NCBI GenBank assembly: GCA_964494125.1
Contig: CAZBQO010000001.1
Location: 1 to 49,749 of the forward strand
Length of the DNA stretch: 49,749 nucleotides
Source: an uncultured Nitrospira sp.
GTDB lineage: Bacteria > Nitrospirota > Nitrospiria > Nitrospirales > UBA8639
Direction: 5' to 3'
The position numbers and the translations under genes were made by a program. The notes beneath the pieces are model-generated. The model saw nothing but the letters and a program-made list of their open reading frames with translations. It was not told the origin of the DNA and made no database searches. Positions 32,247 to 40,360 of this stretch are shown in pieces; positions within the stretch are counted from its first letter, which is position 1; each line of letters opens with the position of its first letter.

Positions 32247-32570
32247 TTAGGGTTTTTCAGCAAAAAACCAGCTTTTAGCCATTAAGCATTGACCCACCGC
32301 ATCTTCAGAAAGTTTAGGTACACCTGAGAAGGTTTCGGAAATCCCCTGATCGTCAGGGTTACGAATTAAGGATTGGCGACACGGCCTGATAGCCTCCTCA
32401 AATTCACCTGATTGGGAACTAGATTTATCCCAAAACATTTGAAGTGTGCAACCAATGGAAAGGAGGATGAATGCAGAAAGTATTGCTTTACGGGGGAAGA
32501 GGTGTGTGAAGAAATCACGCATAGTGCCCAGCATATCAGATAGGTCATTGTGGGAAAAAAGGCGTCTCAT
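32247..32570 (-). CDS. Small putative lipoprotein (paralogue of 40829-41188); likely start 32522
   Basis: Lipobox-like LSIGC; shares C..W.K..GEFE..R.CR...DA..QC...K.WF.AEKP with 40829-41188. Confidence 0.6.
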   Translation of the reverse strand: MRRLFSHNDLSDMLGTMRDFFTHLFPRKAILSAFILLSIGCTLQMFWDKSSSQSGEFEEAIRPCRQSLIRNPDDQGISETFSGVPKLSEDAVGQCLMAKSWFFAEKP

Positions 32571-32711
32571 CCAAGAGATCAGAATGTGGAGCTTGGCTTT
32601 GATCCTGATCGGTTGTTATGCCACGAGCGTTTTCGTGGCGAGATGGGCAAAAGATGAGACTGGTCGCGTCTAGGCATTGGCCCATTCCGTATGGGTGCCA
32701 GGGGTCTGCCG

Positions 32712-32727
32712 TGGCACACTGGTTGCG
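32712..32727 (+). promoter_or_regulatory. Candidate sigma54 -24/-12 promoter
   Basis: TGGCAC-ACTGG-TTGCG in an intergenic stretch. Confidence 0.4.
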
Positions 32728-32774
32728 ATGAACTCACCCTCTCCGAAAAATAACTTATTTTCTTCAAGAGAGCA

Positions 32775-32948
32775 TTAGAGTATCTCATGGATGAGGTGGG
32801 CGTGCCGATGGCCTCTGGTTTTGACTGATTCCCTTAAGGCGGCTAGGGCCTGGGAAGTAATTGCAGATCCGCAATTCGTACAGCACCAAAAGGCTCCGGT
32901 AGGTGCAAGTGTACTGTTCTGGCATTGAGGGCAACGTTGGAATGACAT
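32775..32948 (-). CDS. Small Zn-ribbon protein (57 aa) with His-rich tail
   Basis: RCPQC...WCCTNCG, C-terminal HRHAHLIH; AAGGAA RBS before ATG 32948. Confidence 0.62.
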   Translation of the reverse strand: MSFQRCPQCQNSTLAPTGAFWCCTNCGSAITSQALAALRESVKTRGHRHAHLIHEIL

Positions 32949-33161
32949 GGTTGATTCCTTTCTTAAGGTGATTCGTGTCAAAAGCCAGCATCAAAGAAAG
33001 TAGGGGACCCAGGAGTGCGGATGGGCCCCCCACTAGCTTGAAGAGGGGAAGAGCCCTCTCCGGGAGAGACTGACAGTTCTGTTAGTGGTGAACACCAGGT
33101 AAATATATATTGATGTCGTAACATAAAAACGTGTTTGGGTGGTTGTGCCATCTATCCGTCC

Positions 33162-34331
33162 TCATCCATGATCTTCCACGAGGCTGCGAGAGTATCCCGA
33201 AACCACCTCTGAATCCTTGAGAGGCGGTTGAAGATTGCCAAGTAATGGAGATTTTTTGGACTGGGGAGTTGAGAAAATCATCCTTCCCGTGTTGGTTTGC
33301 ATGAACCGGGTCACCACCACCTCAATCGCTTGACCGACCAAAGTGGCACCGTGGTCGACGACGACCATCGTGCCATCATCTAGATGGGCAATCCCCTGCT
33401 CCTGCCCCTGCCCCTCTTTGTGAATGAAGACACGTATGGTTTCTCCAGGCAATACCAAGGGGCGTAATTGGTAAGTTAATTCGTTTACGTTGAGGGAGAG
33501 CACACCTTGAACGGATGCGACTTTTGCCAGATTCCAATCGTTGGTCACGATCTTGGTATCACGGTTTTTGGCTATGGCGATGAGTTGATGGTCAACCGCC
33601 GATATGTCGGGTTCCCAATCCTCGATAATCACCACGTCCATATTTGGCAGTTGCTGCAGTTGGGATAAGATATCCAAGCCACGCTTCCCCTTAATTCGTT
33701 TGGAGGGGTGAGCGGAGTCGGCTAATGTTTGGAGTTCATGCAGAATGCTTTTGGGAACCAGGAAAGGACCTTCCAAAAAACCTGTGGTGCAGAGGGGTAG
33801 TATTCGGCCATCGATTATGGCGCTAGAATCCAGCAATTTCTGAACGGTCTTCGATGGGGGTTGCGAAGTGGGAGGAGAAGACTCTTCTGGTAATACCGCG
33901 ATTGAGGTCGGCGACAGTATGTTGGAGATGTGAATGCCGACCATTAGCCCGATGTAGGGACAGAGAAGAAAGGCAGGCAGCCCGATCCACGGGGTAAGAG
34001 AAGACATCTGGAGTAGCCCCGTCCCCATTCCCACGTTCAATACAAAACCGATCCCCGCCAAGGCAACGATGAGGCCAAGGCTACCACCAATCAAGGTAGA
34101 GCGGCGGCAGGCCTTCAAATGTCGTTCAAACCACAGAGCCAGGCAGCCGATTGCCAAGCCTGCGACTCCCCAGATAACAATCTCTGGAAGGGCATCAGTC
34201 CCTTGAGAGGGAGCATGGCCAAGACCAGCGTACATCCCCACCATTAGACACAAGAAGAGATACAGCCATTGGTGAATGGAAAGAAATGGGATTTTTGAAA
34301 CGGGGGATAACGCAGAGGCTGGCGCAATCAT
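33162..34331 (-). CDS. Membrane-anchored PIN/TRAM domain protein (YacL-like)
   Basis: 4 TM; PIN LLDSSAIIDGRI, ELQ, VD, VTND.NL; TRAM EGQ..EQGIAHLDDGTMVVV, QT.TGRMIF; AAGGAG RBS. Confidence 0.92.
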   Translation of the reverse strand: MIAPASALSPVSKIPFLSIHQWLYLFLCLMVGMYAGLGHAPSQGTDALPEIVIWGVAGLAIGCLALWFERHLKACRRSTLIGGSLGLIVALAGIGFVLNVGMGTGLLQMSSLTPWIGLPAFLLCPYIGLMVGIHISNILSPTSIAVLPEESSPPTSQPPSKTVQKLLDSSAIIDGRILPLCTTGFLEGPFLVPKSILHELQTLADSAHPSKRIKGKRGLDILSQLQQLPNMDVVIIEDWEPDISAVDHQLIAIAKNRDTKIVTNDWNLAKVASVQGVLSLNVNELTYQLRPLVLPGETIRVFIHKEGQGQEQGIAHLDDGTMVVVDHGATLVGQAIEVVVTRFMQTNTGRMIFSTPQSKKSPLLGNLQPPLKDSEVVSGYSRSLVEDHG

Positions 34332-34386
34332 CTTAGAGTTTCTCCTTCAAGGGTTGGTACAGAATTCCATTGTTGGGGGAGGAGTT

Positions 34387-34917
34387 TCAGCCTGTTGGAG
34401 CCTCAAATGATGAACAGTGTGGCAGTATATGGTCGAAGGAAAGCCTCGACTTAAGATCCGCTTGAGCAGATCTCCGACAGAAATCACTTTCTGCCACCTC
34501 CAGGACTGTGGTGATACCTCGGAGGTTCAGGTCATGGAATAGGCGAAATTGTAGGCAGCAGCGATGGTCAAAAAATAATGTTTCGCATCGATGGGGCGGT
34601 AAGGAGGCTGAGAGGTGTAGGGTCCGTCCCAAACGATTGAGAGGATCAGTCAAAAATGGGAGACCAAAGTTCTGAGGAGGACGACTCCAGGAATTCCCTA
34701 GAAAGGCGTTGTCCGGTACTAAGACCGCGAGCACGATCTTTCCTGCATGAAACCGGTTGACCTCTTGTTCCAGCAAGGATGCATCGGTTTCAGTAAAGGC
34801 AGGTAAGCAGCAGAGCACAAATTGGGTTCCCTGAAACGTTGTCAGGGGAAGATACTGCCATCTGCCATTTAGCAAGCATGGGGTTTTCCATATGGGTGCA
34901 CGTGTTCCGATCTTCAT
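34387..34917 (-). CDS. Degenerate AhpC/TSA (peroxiredoxin-fold) protein 1
   Basis: MKIG.RAP, F.G..FVL, LPFLTDP..RLGR, TLFFD; lacks PxxxT/SxxC; AAGGAGG RBS. Confidence 0.68.
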   Translation of the reverse strand: MKIGTRAPIWKTPCLLNGRWQYLPLTTFQGTQFVLCCLPAFTETDASLLEQEVNRFHAGKIVLAVLVPDNAFLGNSWSRPPQNFGLPFLTDPLNRLGRTLHLSASLPPHRCETLFFDHRCCLQFRLFHDLNLRGITTVLEVAESDFCRRSAQADLKSRLSFDHILPHCSSFEAPTG

Positions 34918-35052
34918 GCTGTTCCCTCCTTAGTAATCAGTAAGAAACCCTTCCGGGTCTGAGCCAATCAGGCATTGGTAAGGTTATGTCCGGACATTTG
35001 TGAGCATTCGGATTGGAGTACCCAAATCACACTCGTTTACTTATATGATTTT

Positions 35053-35105
35053 GATACCCAATATCATTATCATTTATAATAGCTAAAAAGAAAAAGAGTT
35101 GTCAA
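35053..35105 (-). promoter_or_regulatory. sigma70 promoter with Fur box
   Basis: Minus strand TTGACA(35105-100)-18-TATTAT(35081-76); GATAATGATATTGGGTATC (35071-53) matches 15/19 of GATAATGATAATCATTATC. Confidence 0.72.
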
Positions 35106-35659
35106 TTTTGCTGATATTCATTTGAAAAAGAATCAATTTAATGGGTAAAAAAAGGGTGGTGAAAATTGGATGATCAGGAGTAAGGCGTGGGGGGACTAAA
35201 GATTTCGCCTTATTTTTTGAATTGAATGAAGGAATAACTGTATGAATATAAGAAATAGCGCTACTGGATGCGGCGCTGCTTTATAGGAGATCTATGAATA
35301 AGACCTCTTCTGACAGATAGGTTATTTTAAACAAGCTGTAGCAGCTGTCGTTCTCCATTCCAACCAGTCACCATATTCCCGCCAGTATTTTTCACCTCCT
35401 TTTTCGCAAATGTCATAATCGGGCTATCATTCCGTGTGAAATCTTGTTTGATTTCTGTCTGCGGCTAATTCCATCTTTTGACAGGTCTTTTTTCCCTTCA
35501 CCAAAAATAGAAGAGGGCAAAGATTAGGTGGTCTTATTCAACGTTAGACCTCCGATTTCATGATTGGGGAGTCAAAGAGCTGATTTTCTTGAGGAAACTA
35601 TTCCTGCATCCCTTGAACGGAGATACGGATCGATGGCCTGCTATCCAGAGGTTTCATTG

Positions 35660-36700
35660 TCAGTGGGCTGGCAAATATCCGATCATCAATGCAATCTCCA
35701 TATTTAACCCCTCGTAGTATGATGACCGGATGCCTGGGATGGCTGGTTCAGTCCGGTTCGCTCCATCTTGAGGAGTGGGACTGAAGTTGAGAAAGTGAGA
35801 CCCTCGTGAATACCGAGCAAATGGTTTTATGAAAAAATCTTGTTTAAGATCTTGGGGTGGGCCGGGGGAAAGCCCCCGGTTTCTCTCCACGCAATGGTTT
35901 ACTCATTGGCTGGTGAAGATCCTGATTGTATAAAAACTTCCTCTTCTTTTTTGGATCGTTTGAGTAAGAGCATGGCTTTTGATGTTGTCTGGAACTGCCA
36001 ATGGGAAAAATTCAAGAACAGGTTTTCGAGCTGTCGGCTTGAATTGATTGTTGCAATACTTGCATGTTAGTGGGCCGCACCTTTTGAGCCATCCATCGAC
36101 CTGTTTGTGTAAGATGAATAACAATCAACGCAGGAATCGGCTGGGCAAAGGAGACGTTTTGATCATACCTACAATGAAGACCCATCGCTCATCCATGCTG
36201 GCTTGATGTTCAATTTCCCCAATCCCTTGTACTGATCCCCACGACCACGTAATAGGATGAAGGAAAAAATAATCAGGAATACCATCTTTCGTACGATCAT
36301 AGGCAATGGACATGAGGTCATTGGGAAGGGGATCAGAGAGCATGGCATGAAGCGGACATCCCGCTTGACCATTGGCCATGTTTTGGCCTTGGCAAACCAA
36401 AACCGGTCAAATTCATTCAACAGACCTGCAGCCAACATTTCCCCATTCTTCAATCCATTCCAAATGGTCTTATTGGCTTATGAGCAGCATGATTCTGGGC
36501 CATGCCCACAGGCCAATGATGCTGAAAAAAATGAATCCCAAGGATACCAACAAACTAATGAACACGGGTTTTTCCCCTTCGATGATAGATGAATCTCGTT
36601 TCATGAGATGTTCCTTGAATTCCTTCCCCAGATTAAGGGTCATCAAGTACGTTTTCCTTGATCGAACTTGATGGATGACGAGTGTTTTCCTCAATGACAA
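35660..36700 (-). pseudogene. Decayed coding region (fragmented ORFs)
   Basis: Four short minus-strand ORFs in one frame separated by stops, plus protein-like segments in other frames; no family recognised. Confidence 0.35.
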
Positions 36701-36897
36701 GTAGTGGTTTCTGTGTCAGCGAGGCCGGGTACTTTTCGAAACCCAGCGGTGTTTGATACGTGAGCCGCCATTCTGGTCAATTGCATTGCAAAGGCGAGGA
36801 ACTCTTCTCTCTCGAAATGAAGGGTGATCGACCCATAGGTGAGATGAATACGACTACAGTCACAGACGTTCAGCTTGAGTTGTTGACTTGGTGGCAT
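36691..36897 (-). CDS. Small Cys/His motif protein (68 aa)
   Basis: VCDCSRIHLTYGSITLHFEREEF; AGGAG RBS; 42 nt downstream of redoxin-like 2. Confidence 0.62.
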   Translation of the reverse strand: MPPSQQLKLNVCDCSRIHLTYGSITLHFEREEFLAFAMQLTRMAAHVSNTAGFRKVPGLADTETTTCH

Positions 36898-36939
36898 AGG
36901 TGTCTCCTGAGCGGTAAAAGGTTGATTTGTCAGTGAGTA

Positions 36940-37491
36940 TCAGCAGAGGGTTGTTTTCAGACCCCATTGGGCAAATATGAAATTGGCAGTAATGGAATTA
37001 TGGATATGTTCTTGAGGCGGCTGAGGCGAAAAGTCCTGACATTGCTTCAACTGGTCCAATAGGAGGGTCATGCCATGCCAGTTGAACGAATGCATCCGTC
37101 GGTTTCTGATCGCTCCATCTGGGTCGAAGATGAAGGTCTGGCATTGGTTAAAGCGAGGTTCACTCCATAAGCCCAGAGCTCGGCCTAAACGGTGTGTAGA
37201 GTCAGTTAACAAAGGGATGGAAAGGATTTTGGTTGTGGGGAGGTGCGATCCGTGAAACGAGTGAGCGGGGTGTTGCATACCCAATAAGAGGGCGCCCCGT
37301 TTTTGGACGGTTCTGCGAAACTGATTGAGAAACACTGCATCGGAAAATTCAAGTTTGGGAAGGCAACACAATATGCCCCATTGTCCCTCTAGGCTCGCTA
37401 GATCCAAATCGATCATCTTTCCTTTCAGCAGGGCAGGAACTCTCATGTGTGGCAGAGTGGAATGTCCTATTTTCATGGGGATAGCCTCCAT
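36940..37491 (-). CDS. Degenerate AhpC/TSA (peroxiredoxin-fold) protein 2
   Basis: MKIG, LEGQW.ILCCLP, IPLLTDSTHRLGRALG, QTFIFDPDG.IR; GGAGGA RBS; paralogue of 34387-34917. Confidence 0.7.
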   Translation of the reverse strand: MEAIPMKIGHSTLPHMRVPALLKGKMIDLDLASLEGQWGILCCLPKLEFSDAVFLNQFRRTVQKRGALLLGMQHPAHSFHGSHLPTTKILSIPLLTDSTHRLGRALGLWSEPRFNQCQTFIFDPDGAIRNRRMHSFNWHGMTLLLDQLKQCQDFSPQPPQEHIHNSITANFIFAQWGLKTTLC

Positions 37492-37509
37492 TGTTTGTGT
37501 CCTCCGACT

Positions 37510-37626
37510 AAAAAGAAGGGTTGGGCGCCCCGGAGGAGGAAAAGAGCCCCAACCTTTTTGGGCGGGTACGGGGTAGCACGCCCTGGTATATTGTTCGGGT
37601 TTATAGATTTGTTGAATTGAGATTCT
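37510..37626 (-). ncRNA. Candidate Fur-controlled leader RNA / sRNA with terminator-like hairpin and CU-rich loop
   Basis: Minus strand: GGGCG/CGCCC hairpin, then GGTTGGG.GCTCT-TTTCCTCCTCC-GGGGC.CCCAACC followed by CTTCTTTTT. Confidence 0.45.
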
Positions 37627-37628
37627 CT

Positions 37629-37661
37629 TATAATGATAATGAAAATCATTTGTATTTTCAA
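37629..37661 (-). promoter_or_regulatory. sigma70 promoter overlapped by tandem Fur boxes
   Basis: Minus TTGAAA(37661-56)-17-TATCAT(37638-33); plus GATAATGAAAATCATTTGT (37635-53, 15/19) and TATAATGATAATGAAAATC (37629-47, 15/19). Confidence 0.75.
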
Positions 37662-37895
37662 TATTAAATTAAAATAAATATTTTGGCCATGGTCAATAGG
37701 CAGAGAAGGCATGCATTGAGTCTATAAACTAATTGGAGCGACTCTCTTTCATTCAGCAGGTTTTTTAACCCAGAAAATTCCGAATCCGCCTGACCGAGGG
37801 GCACTGGGATGCCAAATCACGGAAATAATAAGACATTTGGCGTTGGTGAACGGCCCATACGGGTCCTCCATGTGTTGCTGTAGGGTTTGGCCAGA

Positions 37896-38252
37896 TGGGT
37901 TGTCCGGATAGATGGACGGGGGGGTTGTAAGGTTTGGGGCATGTTTAAAAGGTGGGAATCGGTATGGCTTATTGCCCACGTGTTCAGGCATGAGCGAGTT
38001 GCAGGGCGCCTGGACGGAATGAATGACATTTCAAGATGTCCAGGCCTCCTGTCCGAAGCAGAGCCGAATAACAGAACTGATGTTTGGCCAACCCTTCCTT
38101 CAGCGTCAAACAGGTTTCAATGTGCTGTACCATCTCAAACTTCTGGTCCTTGGTGAAAATCCGCAGAATCCTCTTCTCTTCCATGTTGTTCCCTCCTTCT
38201 AAGAGCAACTCAGGTTGTAAGCCTTTGGGGTGTTTCTATGAACAACAGGTCA
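37896..38252 (-). mobile_element. IS3-like insertion sequence remnant
   Basis: TGACCTG... left-end-like sequence at 38252; RBS then MEEKRILRIFTKDQKFEMVQ (ATG 38184), resembling an OrfA HTH N-terminus, truncated; possible degenerate right end near 37896. Confidence 0.45.
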
Positions 38253-38415
38253 CGCTAATGATGAAAATCGTTCTGAGGCGGATTGGGAAGTCCATAGAAC
38301 CGGGATGAACCCTCCCCAAAGAAAGTTCCTACCGATGTATGGTTTTTGGTGATTTTTTGTTCTGGGCTGTCCCAGTAGTGGGAGCGATAAAAGCTTCTTG
38401 CAAGAGGGAGTCGTC

Positions 38416-38453
38416 AAAAAACAAGCCCACGGGGAATGTCTCCCCGTGGGCTT
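38416..38453 (-). terminator. Intrinsic terminator after di-haem enzyme gene
   Basis: 13-bp IR AAGCCCACGGGGA/TCCCCGTGGGCTT with A-run on plus side (T-run on minus). Confidence 0.8.
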
Positions 38454-38524
38454 AAAATGTGCGGTTTCTTTCAGTTGTTAGAATTCGGTGTGTAAGTCTT
38501 TCCTTGAGGCGATATGTCTCTCGT

Positions 38525-40360
38525 TTACTCGTAGTCTTCGTTTAACGATCGTAGGAATGCCGTTAAGGCCGGGATGTCTTCTTCAATTAAGGCAATGTTT
38601 TTCAGTTGGGAATCGCCATTGCGAAGCATGCCTTTTCGCGCTAAATCCGAATTTGTCATATACCCTTGAATCACATCGTTAAGGGTATCGGCGATACCGG
38701 CGTGACTATAGGGAGCCGAATGACTCAAATCCCGGAGGCCGGGAGTTTTGAAAGCGCCAATAGCTTTCGGGAGGAGTCGATCTGGTCGACAGGCTTGGAA
38801 GCCACGAAATACCCCAAAGTGTTCATTGAGGGCGTCCTCGCAGAGGATTGACCAAATGGGTAGTTGAGATTCGGGAAAATCAGGATTCCAGAAAATGTTC
38901 CAAATTCCCAGATCGGTCCATTGGGCATTGTCCGGCGAGGGAATAGCGCGGAATGGTTCTTGAGCATGAGGATGCTTTGCCGTGGCAGGCAGGTAGGCTT
39001 CGATATTACTATTTCGTTGATGCAATCCTGGTATTTCCAGCATGAAAAACGATCCGGGGCCGTGGATACGTTCATACTCCGTCTGGGCAATTCCCGTGTT
39101 GTGAAAACGGAAGTCGGTAAAATTTGGTGGCGTATGACAGGTAATGCAATTCCCAATTCCTCCCTTGGCTTGGTCACTGGGCCGAATGTGATGGCCTTTA
39201 TGTCGATGGTTGTGTCGACTCGGTTGGGTGAAAAAGATTTTCAGCCCTGCTAATTCTTCAGGCCCAAAGGTGAACGGTTGGTCATGGAATTGAAACTGGC
39301 CATCTGCCGTATGGGGATTCTTCTCAACGAATTGCAAAGTCGGGCCATCGGAAGAAGAGGTTGAGGGCCATCGGGAGTAATTGTCCCGATCGTATGACTC
39401 GAGAAATTTAATCTGTTGAAGCAATCGACGAGCATATGAACTGGGATATTCCCATTTATCAGGTTGACGGGGCAAATCGTTGATTTCAAGAAAGACGTCA
39501 TAGGGGGAAAGATTGAAACTTCCATCCTCGTCTTGTGAGAAGAGGAGTTGGTCCGTATAGGCGGCGATGAGTTGTGAAACGGCCTGGACAAGTTGCCGGT
39601 CGGTGGCTTGCGAAACCTCTACGCGAAAATCTTCAGGAATCAGAAATTCTTGAGGAATAGATGGATCGGTTCCGGTGAACATGACACGATAGGGCAGCCC
39701 GCCAAACTCCTGCGCCAGATCTCCGGTTCCCGAGTCTTCTCGAATAATTCTGGCAATATGTGAGATGGCGGCTTCCTGTTCGTCGGGAAGCCATCCGAAG
39801 TTCCGGCCGGTGAGTGTGCCTTTAACCAAATCAACCATCGTCGGAAACTCAGCATCGGCATGAAGAAAAAACATTTGTCGAGGAAGAGCAGCATTGACGA
39901 GCGGTGGCGCGTTTCGGACCGCGGTGAGTTTTCCATCTTCCCGGGCTGGAATAGGACTCCGTCGTGCAAAATCCGAATAGGTATTCATTCCGTAGTTCGG
40001 AATATCGAGAAGTTCGTCTACAAAGTGGCAGCTCCGGCAGTTCATCGATTGACCGGTAAACGGGCCATCGGCAAATTGATCGGGTGGGAGTTTGGCATTC
40101 GTCACTTTGTCGAGGGCGAAATCACCTTGCGTCAAGGGATCATTCATATCGCCCCCGTCATCCAGAAAAATTTTAAATAATTGAGCAAATCGGGTTTCCA
40201 GAAACAACCGTTCACCGTTGGTAACTTCCGGAGGATCTGCTTCTTCGGCTTCCTGGGCGAACACCAGAGGTGCATTGACGAAAAAGGATAGAGTTGAGGT
40301 GAGTACTGCAATACAAAAGACCTGAGCGAAAGAGAAAAAAATAGATTTTTTGACGTTCAC
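38525..40360 (-). CDS. Exported di-haem cytochrome c peroxidase/MauG superfamily protein
   Basis: Signal peptide (VFA-QE), GERLF.ETRF, CRSCH, RNAPPL, CITCH, FTDFRFHNTG, FKTPGLRDL..SAPYSH. Confidence 0.88.
   Translation of the reverse strand: MNVKKSIFFSFAQVFCIAVLTSTLSFFVNAPLVFAQEAEEADPPEVTNGERLFLETRFAQLFKIFLDDGGDMNDPLTQGDFALDKVTNAKLPPDQFADGPFTGQSMNCRSCHFVDELLDIPNYGMNTYSDFARRSPIPAREDGKLTAVRNAPPLVNAALPRQMFFLHADAEFPTMVDLVKGTLTGRNFGWLPDEQEAAISHIARIIREDSGTGDLAQEFGGLPYRVMFTGTDPSIPQEFLIPEDFRVEVSQATDRQLVQAVSQLIAAYTDQLLFSQDEDGSFNLSPYDVFLEINDLPRQPDKWEYPSSYARRLLQQIKFLESYDRDNYSRWPSTSSSDGPTLQFVEKNPHTADGQFQFHDQPFTFGPEELAGLKIFFTQPSRHNHRHKGHHIRPSDQAKGGIGNCITCHTPPNFTDFRFHNTGIAQTEYERIHGPGSFFMLEIPGLHQRNSNIEAYLPATAKHPHAQEPFRAIPSPDNAQWTDLGIWNIFWNPDFPESQLPIWSILCEDALNEHFGVFRGFQACRPDRLLPKAIGAFKTPGLRDLSHSAPYSHAGIADTLNDVIQGYMTNSDLARKGMLRNGDSQLKNIALIEEDIPALTAFLRSLNEDYE

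Noticed and set aside
32446-32673. Plus-strand 75-aa ORF with TM segment and AAGGAGG
   Set aside because: The SD abuts ATG 32467 with no spacing, and the ORF overlaps the minus-strand lipoprotein that has paralogue support.
35660-36700. Stop-codon recoding (Sec/readthrough) of the same-frame ORF chain
   Set aside because: Stops are mixed TAA and TGA, some clustered, and all other genes use the standard code; decay is simpler.
33148-37916. Shared 11-mer CCATCTATCCG at 33148 (+) and about 37916 (-)
   Set aside because: Too short to distinguish from chance in 50 kb; no flanking similarity.
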